Assembly: GCF_964355755.1 (NCBI RefSeq)
Contig: NC_092673.1
Coordinates: 29,447,648-29,511,647, forward strand
Origin: Antedon mediterranea
Lineage: Eukaryota; Animalia; Echinodermata
DNA: 64,000 nucleotides
Reading direction: 5' to 3'
Shown one piece after another: positions 14,501-29,500 of this stretch (the first letter of the stretch is position 1; each line of letters opens with the position of its first letter). A model generated the notes under the pieces. That model saw nothing but the letters and a program-made list of their open reading frames with translations, did not search any database and was not told the origin of the DNA. Both the position numbers and the translations under genes were made by a program.

Positions 14501-17500
14501 CTCTAGTGGATATAAATGTTGAATGTATGTACTAATGTTTTGTTTGTCTTGTGTGGGTTCGTCACACTTTTATTATCATACTCTGTTATAAATATATATT
14601 TTAAGCATATTTTTTCCGCTCGTTTATATGTTACAACGTTAAAGGTAGTTGTAATAAAAACATTTGTTGTATATACATAAAATTATTGATATTGATGTTT
14701 TTAAAACCATATTTGCATTCGTTCATTTTTTTTAAAGTAATTTAAATATATAAAATAAGTAATAAAATGGCAAAAACAAGACGATAATAATAATAAATAA
14801 TAATAAATTGAATTTATAAAGCGTTTTATAATGACAGAAACAAACTCTAAGCGCTGTACATAAAAATAACAGAAACATCTGGTCAGCTTAATCTAAAACA
14901 ATCAATACCAAAAATTACTATACAAATAATATACAAGCGAGAACAGTCTTAAAATACACATAGATTGATTGATAAAAATTGATTAAAAACATACTTTTGA
15001 CATTATTCTATAATGTGTTCATGTAATGATGTTATACTAATGTTTTATCATGGTTTATATTTATAAAATCACTAAATTTCAGGGGTCTTAAAGCCTGTTT
15101 AGCCCCGCCTAAATCCACGCCTGATGATATATGTCAAAGACACTTAAACATGCACAAAACTTTCTAACTGTTATCAGCATTATAGAAGTTGCTTTGTGAC
15201 TGGACATTAACTGACCATGCTAGTCACACAATTCCCAGAGTAGGGGATATTCTAGTACGAGTACATCTCAGCTTTGTTAACATCATTTATTTATTACAGT
15301 GACTCATACACGTCTACATTGAAACAAACTCAAATTATATTTTATTGCAGTAAACAATTATAGTTACTGCAGTAAACTGCATTAGAATAATTTTGAATTG
15401 ATTTTTTATTTACACATCAATGACTAAACATTGTGTTTGCAATTTTTGAACTTTGAAACTTGTCTACTTCCTTTCATTCAGTTAACTGTATTTGTAAATT
15501 TCAGATTTGAATAAGCCAAGTATAACATGTCCACAAACTAGCAGTACTTCAATGGGAGAGGATTGTGTTGCAGATCTTAATGTTACTGTGATTAGTACTG
15601 ATCACATTGGTAATGTGTTAGAAGCTGACTGTTCACCGACAGACTTTAATACTCCTGGCAATCATTCTGTCATGTGTAATGTCACAGACATGGAAAACAA
15701 CTTTGCATCATGCACATTCTTTTACTACATCACAGGTAACAACTAATTTTATTCATTCAACTCAATCTTTTATTTCCGAATATCTGGTCCATAGAAAGTA
15801 AAAGTATATATAAATTAATTAAAAATAAACAAGACTGTTCAACAAACAAATAAACAATGTTATGTCTGGTTACCATTTGAAGTGTATAGTAAAAGCAAGT
15901 CTTAAAGATATATTGTCCACCTAAAAACAGTTGTAACATTTTTTTTTTAATATGCAATTTTAATGTCACATAATAAATATTTTGCTTTGACCAAAATTGG
16001 AATTGGATTACTAAAAAAAACTGTAATAAAAAGCAATAAATACTCAAATTGAATTGAATTTAACCGTTTGTTTTGTTTTGTTATAAGTGAAAAAACTTTA
16101 TAAATAAGTTTTAACTTTAATTATTGAGAATCTTTTAAATGGCATATCAAATTATTTTTTTTAGTAATCATCATTTTTCATGGTTTTGAAGACAGCAGCA
16201 TTTTTGCCTAATTGACAATGTTTACCAGATTGGTTTTAAAGATATGAAATACTGTTATGGAATGAAAGTCTCGTCTCGCAAAACTATTTTTATTATTCGT
16301 CTACCTAAATAGCAGCAGATATACCAAAACCCAATAAAATAGATGATCATAAACTGTATTTTACTTAAATATAAAAGTATACTTAGTCTACTTTTTGAAA
16401 CATTTGTTTAACACTTCATTTGTAATTTGCAGATGAACTTGAGCCAAATGTTACCTGCCCAGATAACTTTGAAATATGTGCAGATCCAGGAATTGATTCA
16501 GTAAATGCCACTTGGTATTCAGCCAATGCAACTGACAACTGTTGTGATAGTTCCAGTATCAACATAACTGCCAACTATACCAGTGGAGATCCTCTTATAC
16601 TTGGTGAATACACTGTAGGATATGCAGCTACTGATTGCTATGACAACATCAATTACTGTCAATTCACAGCTGAAGTAAAAGGTAAAACAATATGGTTTAT
16701 CTTCACTTTATCAGTTTTTTTTACAGTTTGATAATGTATGCAGAGATTAAGTATTACAGTCATCTCATTATCTATGATAACTATTGAATCTGAATCTGAT
16801 AATTAGGTTTGGATCAAGCAAAGTAAAGTATTTTGACTTTTGTAAATGCTTATACTGTATCTACTTATTTAGATTGTGAGGATCCAGTTCTTGATTGTCC
16901 ATCTGATCAAGATGTATATGCTGATTCTGATTGTCTTGCTGTTGCTACTTGGCCGGCGCCCATCGTCACTGACAACTCTGGGGAATCTTTCATGTCTGAA
17001 TGTGATTATGTCAATGGTAGCATATTCTCTGATTTAAATACAACGATTACCTGTAATGCTACTGATAACTATGGCAATACTGGATACTGTACCTTCAATG
17101 TCTTAATAGTTGGTAAGATATTTTGTTAAATATACTTTTATTATTATTATATACTTTTACACAATGCAAATTGACAGACAAGGTAAAAAGCAAGCAAAAC
17201 AAATCAAAAACACTTAGTTACAATTAAAAAATGATGCTAAAATTGCACTAAATACATGACTATTCCTATAGATTAATAAATTATTTAAAAAGTATATTTT
17301 ATTATGAATATCTTGCAGTCCCATTATGTGTGATTTAATACTATCATTTTGTTTTTATTTCCCAGATGAAATTGCTCCTAATGTAACTTGCCCAGATAAT
17401 ATTGAGATGGTGTGTAGTGACCCAGGAAGTGATTCCACAAATGTCACTTGGTATTCAGCCAATGCAACTGACAACTGTTGTGATAGTTCCAGTATCAACA

Positions 17501-20500
17501 TAACTTCCAACTATACCAGTGGTGATTTGTTTTCACTTGGTGTATACACTGTAGGATATGCAGCTACTGATTGCAATGATAATACTGGTTATTGTCAATT
17601 TACAGTTGAAATTATAGGTAAACTATTTTTCTGTCTGTTTTGATATTAGTTGTTTTACCTTTGTATAACTTATATAATATTGTAATTTTTTCACAATGGA
17701 CATCCATAACAATTAAATGTATTTCATTGTACAGTGTTGAATTTATTATATTAACTGATTATTTTAATGTTATCATTGATATTGGCAGATTTATTGCGAG
17801 ACTTTCTTTACATGGAATTTCTAAGCTCTCTTCATTCATAAGCTCACAACTAAGGATGAAAATTGTTTTTTTAAATAATTATTTCCACAGATTGTGAACC
17901 CCCAGAGCTTGAGTGTCCACCAACAGTTTCTGTACAAGGTGATGAAGATTGCAATGCAAATGCTACGTGGGAAGCGCCCTCTGTCACAGACAACTCTGGA
18001 GGCATGTTTGAACCAGTCTGTAACTATGCTAACGGAAGCACCTTTATTGAATACAGTACTATTGTTACCTGCAGTGCTACTGATGATTATGGCAACACAG
18101 GCAACTGTAGCCTTAATGTAACCATCTATGGTAAGAGTTGTAGTTTCCTAAAATCTCACAGTTAGATTAAAATTCTAAATTTAGTAATAAAAACAAATTT
18201 CATTTCATTCTCCTTTCTTATAACATTAGTCTTTGCCACCCATTGGTCAATTAAAAAATAATGTGAAAATAATTTGTAATTGCTGTTATGAGAACAGAAT
18301 CATGCTCATGAAAATGATCAATTTAATTGAAATGATAAATTCTTTAAAATATTTATTTTGTCTTAAATTAATCAGTGGATCTTTTGCCTGTTGTAGGATG
18401 ATTTGCATTGATAAATTTAGACTGCAAACGTTAAACGGTAGTCCTAAGGGGTTTTCACACCTGCTCTAGTCTGACTTTCAGGTTTATGTCAGACTGGCCC
18501 TTTAATACTATTGTACTACTAATTTGTAAGGTGGGTTTATGTTAGCATTAAGTAATAGAAAAATTCAATCATTTCTTTTGTAATGTGTATTAAATGCTAC
18601 ATGTTTCTATTTTATCTAACTATAGATGATACACCTCCAGTAATGAGCTGTCCAAGTGATATAGAAACATGTGCTGACATTAATTCAATAATGGCATCAG
18701 TTTATTGGGAACCAGTAAATGCTACAGACAATTGCTGTGAATATGTCAACATAACATCCAATTACACATCTGGAGATTCTTTTGAGATTGGTGAAAATGT
18801 AGTAACATATTATGGAACTGACTGCAGTGAAAACAGTGCCTTGTGTTATTTCAATATTACTGTGTTAGGTCAGTTTTTTTCATTGATTAAAATTAAATTA
18901 AACAGCCAGAGGATCGTTTATAGTCTGTTTTAAGGAACCTCAAACAACAATGTTTGATCCTAAAATTTAGAAAATCTATCACTACAGTATCTATCCCAAT
19001 TCTGCCCATTTTTTAGGTTTTTACTTGCTATAACTGTTTTCTATATTCTAGAATATTCACTGTTTCCTTTACTATTTTTTGTACGATGATAAATTTTATC
19101 TCTATTTGATAGATTGCCAAGCTCCAAACTTGACCTGTTCTGATGACCTCACTTTTTATGCTGATGAAACATGCTATGCTTATGCCAACTGGAGCGTGAC
19201 AGCAGAAGATAATTATGATGGTGGTGTTGATGTGATCTGTGATCATATTCATGATGACTATGTTTTTGGTAACTACACAGTAGTCTGTAATGCAACAGAC
19301 ATGGCTGGCAACACTGGGAACTGCTCTTTTGAATTCTTCATCCTTGGTGAGTACTTATAAAACATTTTTATTGACAAAAAAATATTCATGAGAAAACATA
19401 AAGTATATAATTTAAATCTAGTTATTTGTTTTAATACTAAATTATATGCCTTTTTATTTCTTTTAGATATTATTTCACCAAATATAACATGTCCGGATGA
19501 CATCACTGTTGACACTGAAATGGGAATCAATTCTGCAATTGTAACATGGGAATCTGCAGTTGCTACTGATAACTGTTGTGGAGATGACATTGAATTAACT
19601 CATAATTCTACAAATGGCACTAGTTTTAATATAGGAGTTACAATAATAGAATACACAGCAGTGGACTGTAATGGAAATGAGGACCAGTGTATCTTCTACA
19701 TTGAAGTTGAAGGTAAGACATAAACTTTGCATAAACTCTTACATTCAGCAAAATTGTATTTATCAATTATATGAACCACGCTTGAAATTAAATGTTAATT
19801 TTGATCAATTTCTTCTTTTCCATTTTTTAGATAATGAAGCACCTGTCCTTATATGCCCTGAAAACCAGAACTTAACCTTTGATTGGGACTGTTTGGCAAC
19901 TGCCACCTGGATGCCACCAAATGTCACAGACAACTCTGGAGATGTTTTTATGCCATTTTGTGATTATGAGAGTGGACAGACACTTACAGACTATGTTAAC
20001 ATTGTAACCTGTAATGCTACTGATGATTATGACAACACTGGAAATTGTTCATTTACAATTACAATTTATGGTAATTACTTTTGTCTAAACAGTTTATTGT
20101 TGAATTATTGCTGTAGTCATCTCCTCTTGTGTCATACATTCATTAAACTAATTATTTGTTGACAATTACACTTAGTTTGTTAACTTACAGATGAACGTGA
20201 GCCAAATGTTACCTGTCCTGATGACTTTGAAATATGTACAGATCCAGGAATTGATTCAGTCAATGCCACTTGGTATTCAGCCAATGCAACTGACAACTGT
20301 TGTGATGCCAACATAACTTCCAACTATACCAGTGGAGATCCTCTTACATTTGGTGAATACACTGTAGGATATGCAGCTACTGATTGCAATGATAATACTG
20401 GTTATTGTCAATTTACAGTTGAAGTTACAGGTAAAATTATGCTGTTTGATATTTAGTATTAAATATAAAAACATTAACTGTTGGAAATATGGTTTGATTA

Positions 20501-23500
20501 TTAAATTGTATTAACTTTTAGATTGTGAGCCTCCAATTCTTGTCTGTCCGCCAAGCCAGAATTTAACAGGTGACGAATATTGTACAACAAATGCCACATT
20601 CATGCTACCAAGTGTCACAGACAACTCTGGGGATAATTTTACTGCATTTTGTGACTATGAGAGTGGGCAGACATTTTCTGGTCAGATGACCCTGGTAACC
20701 TGCAATGCTACCGACAACTATGATAACACTGGAAACTGTACCTTCACAATCAACATCTATGGTATGATTACAGATTTTATTTTAACTGTTTTAAGATTGA
20801 TTTTTTAGTCAAAAATTAATATTTTATTCTTTTATCTGCAATTGTATTATGATACGAGAATGAGGTCAAAAGATTACAGGTAAAGAAAACTCAACAAGAA
20901 GCATACATTAAGATTTCAAATGACCTTAGCGAGAGATACCAAGGAATTTATCTTATAAACGCAATTTAAGGTTTTATAACATGTGAAGTAAAAGCAACAT
21001 GTTTCCATTATTTTATCTAACTGTAGATGATACACCTCCAGTAATGAGCTGTCCAAGTGATATAGAAACATGTGCTGACACTAATTCAATAATGGCAATA
21101 GTTTATTGGGAACCAGTAAATGCTACAGACAATTGCTGTGAATATGTCAACATAACATCCAATTACACATCTGGAGATTCTTTTGAGATTGGTGAAAATG
21201 TAGTAACATATTATGGAACTGACTGCAGTGAAAACAGTGCCTCATGTTATTTCAATATTACTGTGTTAGGTGAGTAATATTAGTATGACATAATCAGTTT
21301 TGTATATTTTGGTTTTTTTTATAATCTGTTATTACTTATTTCTATTTTTTTTTACTCATCTGCATTTAGATTGCCAAGCTCCAAACTTGACCTGTCCTGA
21401 TGACATCACTTTTTATGCTGATGAAACATGCTATGCTTATGCCAACTGGAGCCTAACAGCAGAAGATAATTATGATGGTGATGTTGATGTGTTCTGTGAT
21501 CGTAGTCATGATAACTATGATTTTGGTAACTACACAGTAGTCTGTAATGCAACAGACATGGCTGGCAACATTGCAAACTGCTCTTTTGAATTCTTCATCC
21601 TTGGTGAGTACTTAAAAAAAAAACTATTTATGAGAAAACATAGAGTATATAATTTGAATGTAGTTATTTGTTTTAATATGAAACTATATTCCTTTTTATT
21701 TCTATAGATATTATTTCACCCAATATAACATGTCCGGATGACATCACTGTTGACACTGAAATGGGAATCAATTCTGTAATAGTGACCTGGGATTCTGCAG
21801 TTGCTACTGATAACTGTTGTGGAGATGACATTGACATATCTTCTAATGTTACAAATGGCACTAGTTTTAATATAGGAGTTACATGGGTAGGATACACAGC
21901 AGTGGACTGTAATGGAAATGAGGACCAGTGTATCTTCTACATTGAAGTTGAAGGTAAGACATGAGCTTTGCAATAACCATCTTCAGCAAAATTGTCTTTA
22001 TTAATTGTATGAACCACCCTTGAAATAAAATTTTATCATTTTCTTCTTTTTTTTTTTAGATAATGAAGCACCTTTCCTTATATGCCCTGAAAACCAGAAC
22101 TTAACATTTGATTGGGACTGTTTGGCAACTGCCTATTGGCTGCCACCAAATGTCACCGACAACTCTGGAGATGTTTTTACACCATTTTGTGATTATGAGA
22201 GTGGACAGACACTTACAGATTATGTTAACATTGTAACCTGTAATGCTACTGATGATTATGACAACACTGGAAATTGTTCATTTACAATTACAATTTATGG
22301 TAATGACTTTTGTCCAAACATTTTATTGTTGAGTTATTGCTGTAGTCATTTCATCTTGTGTAATACATTCATTAAACTAAATATTTGTTGACAATTATAC
22401 TTCATTTTTTTATTCTTACAGATGAACGTGAGCCAAATATTACCTGCCCAGATGACTTTGAAATATGTACAGATCCAGGAATTGATTCAGTAGGTGCCAC
22501 TTGGTATTCAGCCAATGCAACTGACAACTGTTGTGATGCCAACATAACTTCCAACTATACCAGTGGAGATCATCTTTCACTTGGTGAATACACTGTAGGA
22601 TATGCAGCTACTGATTGCAATGATAATACTGGTTATTGTCAATTTACAGTTGAAGTTACAGGTAAAATTATGCTGTTTGATATTTAGTATTCAACCTGTT
22701 AGTGGCGGTTTCATCGCTGTTGGTTGTCAACTGAATAAAATAAAATAAAAATAAAAATTAAATATAAAAACTTTAACTGTTGGAAATATGGTTTGATTAT
22801 TAAATTGTATTAACTTTTAGATTGTGAGCCTCCAGTTCTTGTCTGTCCGCCAAGCCAGAATTTAACAGGTGACGAATATTGTACAACAAATGCCACATTC
22901 ATGCTACCAAGTGTCACAGACAACTCTGGGGATAATTTTACTGCATTTTGTAACTATGAGAGTGGGCAGACATTTTCTGGTCAGATGACCCTGGTAACCT
23001 GCAATGCTACCGACAACTATGATAACACTGGAAACTGTACCTTCACAATCAACATCTATGGTATGATTACAGATTTTATTTTAACTGTTTTAAGATTGAT
23101 TTTTTAGTAAAAAATTAATATTTTATTCTTTTATCTGCAATTGTATTATGATACGAGAATGAGGTCAAAAGATTACAGGTAAAGAAAACTCAACAAGAAG
23201 CATACATTAAGATTTCAAATGACCTTTGCGAGAGATACCCAAGAATTTTTCTTATAAAACGCAATTTAAGGTTTTATAACATGTGAAGTAAAAGCAACAT
23301 GTTTCCATTATTTTATCTAACTGTAGATGATACACCTCCAGTAATGAGCTGTCCAAGTGATATAGAAACATGTGCTGACACTAATTCAATAATGGCATCA
23401 GTTTATTGGGAACCAGTAAATGCTACAGACAATTGCTGTGAATATGTCAACATAACATCCAATTACACATCTGGAGATTCTTTTGAGATTGGTGAAAATG

Positions 23501-26500
23501 TAGTAACATATTATGGAACTGACTGCAGTGAAAACAGTGCCTCATGTTATTTCAATATTACTGTGTTAGGTGAGTAATATTAGTATGACATAATCAGTTT
23601 TGTATATTTTGGTTTTTTTTATAATCTGTTATTACTTATTTCTATTTTTTTTACTCATCTGCATTTAGATTGCCAAGCTCCAAACTTGACCTGTCCTGAT
23701 GACATCACTTTTTATGCTGATGAAACATGCTATGCTTATGCCAACTGGAGCCTAACAGCAGAAGATAATTATGATGGTGATGTTGATGTGTTCTGTGATC
23801 GTATTCATGATAACTATGATTTTGGTAACTACACAGTAGTCTGTAATGCAACAGACATGGCTGGCAACATTGCAAACTGCTCTTTTGAATTCTTCATCCT
23901 TGGTGAGTACTTAAAAAAAAAACTATTTATGAGAAAACATAGAGTATATAATTTGAATGTAGTTATTTGTTTTAATATGAAACTATATTCCTTTTTATTT
24001 CTATAGATATTATTTCACCCAATATAACATGTCCGGATGACATCACTGTTGACACTGAAATGGGAATCAATTCTGTAATCGTGACCTGGGATTATGCAGT
24101 TGCTACTGATAACTGTTGTGGAGATGACATTGACATATCTTCTAATGTTACAAATGGCACTAGTTTTAATATAGGAGTTACATGGGTAGAATACACAGCA
24201 GTGGACTGTAATGGAAATGAGGACCAGTGTATCTTCTACATTGAAGTTGAAGGTAAGACATGAGCTTTGCAATAACCATCTTCAGCAAAATTGTCTTTAT
24301 TAATTGTATGAACCACCCTTGAAATAAAATTTTATCATTTTCTTCTTTTTTTTTTTTTAGATAATGAAGCACCTTTCCTTATATGCCCTGAAAACCAGAA
24401 CTTAACATTTGATTGGGACTGTTTGGCAACTGCCTATTGGCTGCCACCAAATGTCACCGACAACTCTGGAGATGTTTTTACACCATTTTGTGATTATGAG
24501 AGTGGACAGACACTTACAGATTATGTTAACATTGTAACCTGTAATGCTACTGATGATTATGACAACACTGGAAATTGTTCATTTACAATTACAATTTATG
24601 GTAATGACTTTTGTCCAAACATTTTATTGTTGAGTTATTGCTGTAGTCATTTCATCTTGTGTAATACATTCATTAAACTAAATATTTGTTGACAATTATA
24701 CTTCATTTTTTTATTCTTACAGATGAACGTGAGCCAAATATTACCTGCCCAGATGACTTTGAAATATGTACAGATCCAGGAATTGATTCAGTAAATGCCA
24801 CTTGGTATTCAGCCAATGCAACTGACAACTGTTGTGATGCCAACATAACTTCCAACTATACCAGTGGAGATCATCTTTCACTTGGTGAATACACTGTAGG
24901 ATATGCAGCTACTGATTGCAATGATAATACTGGTTATTGTCAATTTACAGTTGAAGTTACAGGTAAAATTATGCTGTTTGATATTTAGTATTCAACCTGT
25001 TAGTGGCGGTTTCATCGCTGTTGGTTGTCAACTGAATAAAATAAAATAAAAATAAAAATTAAATATAAAATCTTTAACTGTTGGAAATATGGTTTGATTA
25101 TTAAATTGTATTAACTTTTAGATTGTGAGCCTCCAGTTCTTGTCTGTCCGTCAAGCCAGAATTTAACAGGTGACGAATATTGTACAACAAATGCCACATT
25201 CATGCTACCAAGTGTCACAGACAACTCTGGGGATAATTTTACTGCATTTTGTGACTATGAGAGTGGGCAGACATTTTCTGGTCAGATGACCCTGGTAACC
25301 TGCAATGCTACCGACAACTATGATAACACTGGAAACTGTACCTTCACAATCAACATCTATGGTATGATTACAGATTTTATTTTAACTGTTTTAAGATTGA
25401 TTTTTTAGTAAAAAATTAATATTTTATTCTTTTATCTGCAATTGTATTATGATACGAGAATGAGGTCAAAAGATTACAGGTAAAGAAAACTCAACAAGAA
25501 GCATACATTAAGATTTCAAATGACCTTAGCGAGAGATACCAAGGAATTTATCTTATAAAACGCAATTTAAGGTTTTGTAACATGTGAAGTAAAAGCAACA
25601 TGTTTCCATTATTTTATCTAACTGTAGATGATACACCTCCAGTAATGAGCTGTCCAAGTGATATAGAAACATGTGCTGACACTAATTCAATAATGGCATC
25701 AGTTTATTGGGAACCAGTAAATGCTACAGACAATTGCTGTGAATATGTCAACATAACATCCAATTACACATCTGGAGATTCTTTTGAGATTGGTGAAAAT
25801 GTAGTAACATATTATGGAACTGACTGCAGTGAAAACAGTGCCTCATGTTATTTCAATATTACTGTGTTAGGTGAGTAATATTATTATGACATAATCAGTT
25901 TTGTATATTTTGGTTTTTTTTATAATCTGTTATTACTTATTTCTATTTTTTTTACTCATCTGCATTTAGATTGCCAAGCTCCAAACTTGACCTGTCCTGA
26001 TGACCTCACTTTTTATGCCGATGAAACATGCTATGCTTATGCCAACTGGAGCCTAACAGCAGAAGATAATTATGATGGTGATGTTGATGTGATCTGTGAT
26101 CGTATTCATGATAACTATGATTTTGGTAACTACACAGTAGTCTGTAATGCAACAGACATGGCTGGCAACATTGCAAACTGCTCTTTTGAATTCTTCATCC
26201 TTGGTGAGTACTTAAAAAAAACTATTTATGAGAAAACATAGAGTATATAATTTGAATGTAGTTATTTGTTTTAATATGAAACTATATTCCTTTTTATTTC
26301 TATAGATATTATTTCACCCAATATAACATGTCCGGATGACATCACTGTTGACACTGAAATGGGAATCAATTCTGTAATCGTGACCTGGGATTCTGCAGTT
26401 GCTACTGATAACTGTTGTGGAGATGACATTGACATATCTTCTAATGTTACAAATGGCACTAGTTTTAATATAGGAGTTACATGGGTAGAATACACAGCAG

Positions 26501-29500
26501 TGGACTGTAATGGAAATGAGGACCAGTGTACCTTCTACATTGAAGTTGAAGGTAAAACATAAACTTTACAATAACCATCAGCAAAATTGTCTTTATTAAT
26601 TATATGAACCAACCTTGAAATAAAATTTTATCAATTTCTTCTTTTCTATTTTTTAGATAATGAAGCACCTGTCCTTATATGCCCTGAAAACCAGAACTTA
26701 ACCTTTAATTGGAACTGTTTGTCAACTGCCTATTGGCTGCCACCAAATGTCACAGACAACTCTGGAGAGGTTTTTATGCCTTATTGTGATTATGAGAGTG
26801 GACAGACACTTACAGATTATGTTAACATTGTAACCTGTAATGCTACTGATGATTATGACAACACTGGAAATTGTTCATTTACAATTACAATTTATGGTAA
26901 TGACTTTTGTTCAAACATTTTATGGTTATATAGTCATTTCATCTTGTGTAATACATTCATTAAACTAAATATTTGTTGACAATTATACTTAGTTTGTTAA
27001 CTTACAGATGAACGTGAGCCAAATATTACCTGCCCAGATGACTTTGAAATATGTACAGATCCAGGAATAGACTCAGTCAATGCCACTTGGTATTCAGCCA
27101 ATGCAACTGACAACTGTTGTGATGCCAACATAACTTCCAACTATACCAGTGGAGATCCTCTTACATTTGGTGAATACACTGTAGGATATGCAGCTACTGA
27201 TTGCAATGATAATACTGGTTATTGTCAATTTACAGTTGAAGTTACAGGTAAAATTATGTTGTTTGATATTTAGTAATAAAAATATAACCATAACCTTTTA
27301 GAAATACAGTATAATGTGATGTTCCTTAAATTGTATTTATTCACTTTTAGATTGTGAGCCTCCAGTTCTTGTCTGTCCGCCAAGCCAGAATTTAACAGGT
27401 GACGAATTTTGTACAACAAATGCCACATTCATGCTACCAAGTGTCACAGACAACTCTGGGGACAATTTTACTGCATTTTGTGACTATGAGAGTGGGCAGA
27501 CATTTTCTGGTCAGATGACCCTTGTAACCTGCAATGCTACCGACAACTATGATAACACTGGAAACTGTACCTTCACAATCAACATCTATGGTAAGATTAC
27601 AGATGTTGTTTTAACTGTTTTTAAATTGATTTTTTAGCCTAATATAATTATATTTAAAAGGTCAACAGATTACTGGTAAAGAAAACCCAACAAGAGGTAT
27701 GCATCAAGATGGTGTTTTTTTATTTTATAGAATGCAATTTAAGGTTTTGTAACATATGAAGTAAAAGCAACATGTTTCCATTATTTTATCTAACTGTAGA
27801 TGATACACCTCCAGTAATGAGCTGTCCAAGTGATATAGAAACATGTGCTGAAACTAATTCAATAATGGCAATAATTTATTGGGAACCAGTAAATGCTACC
27901 GACAATTGCTGTGAATATGTCAACATAACATCCAATTACACATCTGGAGATTCTTTTGAGATTGGTGAAAATGTAATAACATATTATGGGACTGACTGCA
28001 GTGAAAACAATGCCTCTTGTTATTTCAATATTGATGTGCTAGGTGAGTAATATTAGTATGACATAAGCAGTAGCTTATATATATTTTTTTATTTTTTTTT
28101 ATTATTTATGATATTTAATTTTTTTTCTCATCTGCATTTAGATTGCCAAGCTCCAAACTTGACCTGTCCTGATGACCTTACTTTTGATGCTGATGAAACA
28201 TGCTATGCTTATGCCAACTGGAGCGTGACAGCAGAAGATAATTATGATGGTGATGTTGATGTGTTCTGTGATCATATTCATGATGACTATGTTTTTGGTA
28301 ACTACACAGTAGTCTGCAATGCAACAGACATGGCTGGCAACATTGCAAACTGCTCTTTTGAATTCTTCGTCATTGGTGAGTACTTACTTAAACAATTTTA
28401 GTGAACCAAAGCATTTAGCAATTCCATTAAATTCATTTTTATGTTTAGTTTTACTATAATATCAACTATGAACCTTTTTTCTATAAATATTTAGCCACTT
28501 GTGTAACATGAAACTATCTATACTCCTGTTTCTTTTAGATATCATTTCACCCAATATAACATGTCCGGATGACATCACTGTTGACACTGAAATGGGAATC
28601 AATTCTGTAATTGTAACCTGGGATTCTGCAGTTGCTACTGATAACTGTTGTGGAGATGACATTGACATATCTTCTAATGTTACAAATGGCACTAGTTTTA
28701 ATATAGGAGTTACAGTAGTAGAATACACAGCAGTGGACTGTAATGGAAATGAGGACCAGTGTATCTTCTACATTGAAGTTGAAGGTAAGACATAAACAAA
28801 CTTTTGTTTATGTGAGTGAGTGGCCGAGCGGTTAAGACAGTGGAACCGTAATTACGTAGCCATAACATTGACAGGGGTTCGAGGCTCATTCACTCCATGG
28901 TTCTAGTGGTAGAACGAATCTTCTCGGATGAGGACTATAAACCGTAGGTCCAGTGTACACATCTAGTTCGTGTGCACTTTAAAGAACCTAGTAGGCCTAC
29001 ATCTTTCGAGATGAGTAGGGGGTTACCCCGGTGTATTAGTACATCACAGCCACTAATCACCAACTGGGCCCTCTGGGAGACCAGTCTTTGACTGAAGAGG
29101 TCACCCAGTATAAATATATATTTCAATGAATATCACTGTAATGTACCACACTTGAAATAAAATTTTTGATTTTTATCACTTTCTTCTTTTCCATTTTTTT
29201 AGATAATGAAGCACCTGTCCTTATATGCCCTGAAAACCAGAACTTAACCTTTAATTGGGACTGTTTGGCAACTGCCACCTGGATGCCACCAAATGTCACC
29301 GACAACTCTGGAGATGTTTTAATGCCATTCTGTGATTATGAGAGTGGACAGACACTTACAGATTATGTTAACATTGTAACTTGTAATGCTACTGATGATT
29401 ATGACAACACTGGAAATTGTTCATTTACAATTACAATTTATGGTAATGACTTTTGTCTAAACAGTTTATTGTTGAGTTATTGCTGTAGTCATCTGATCTT

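Noticed and set aside
28813-28895. tRNA gene
   Set aside because: It has A and B boxes but no convincing cloverleaf and continues into a SINE body, so it is treated as a SINE head.
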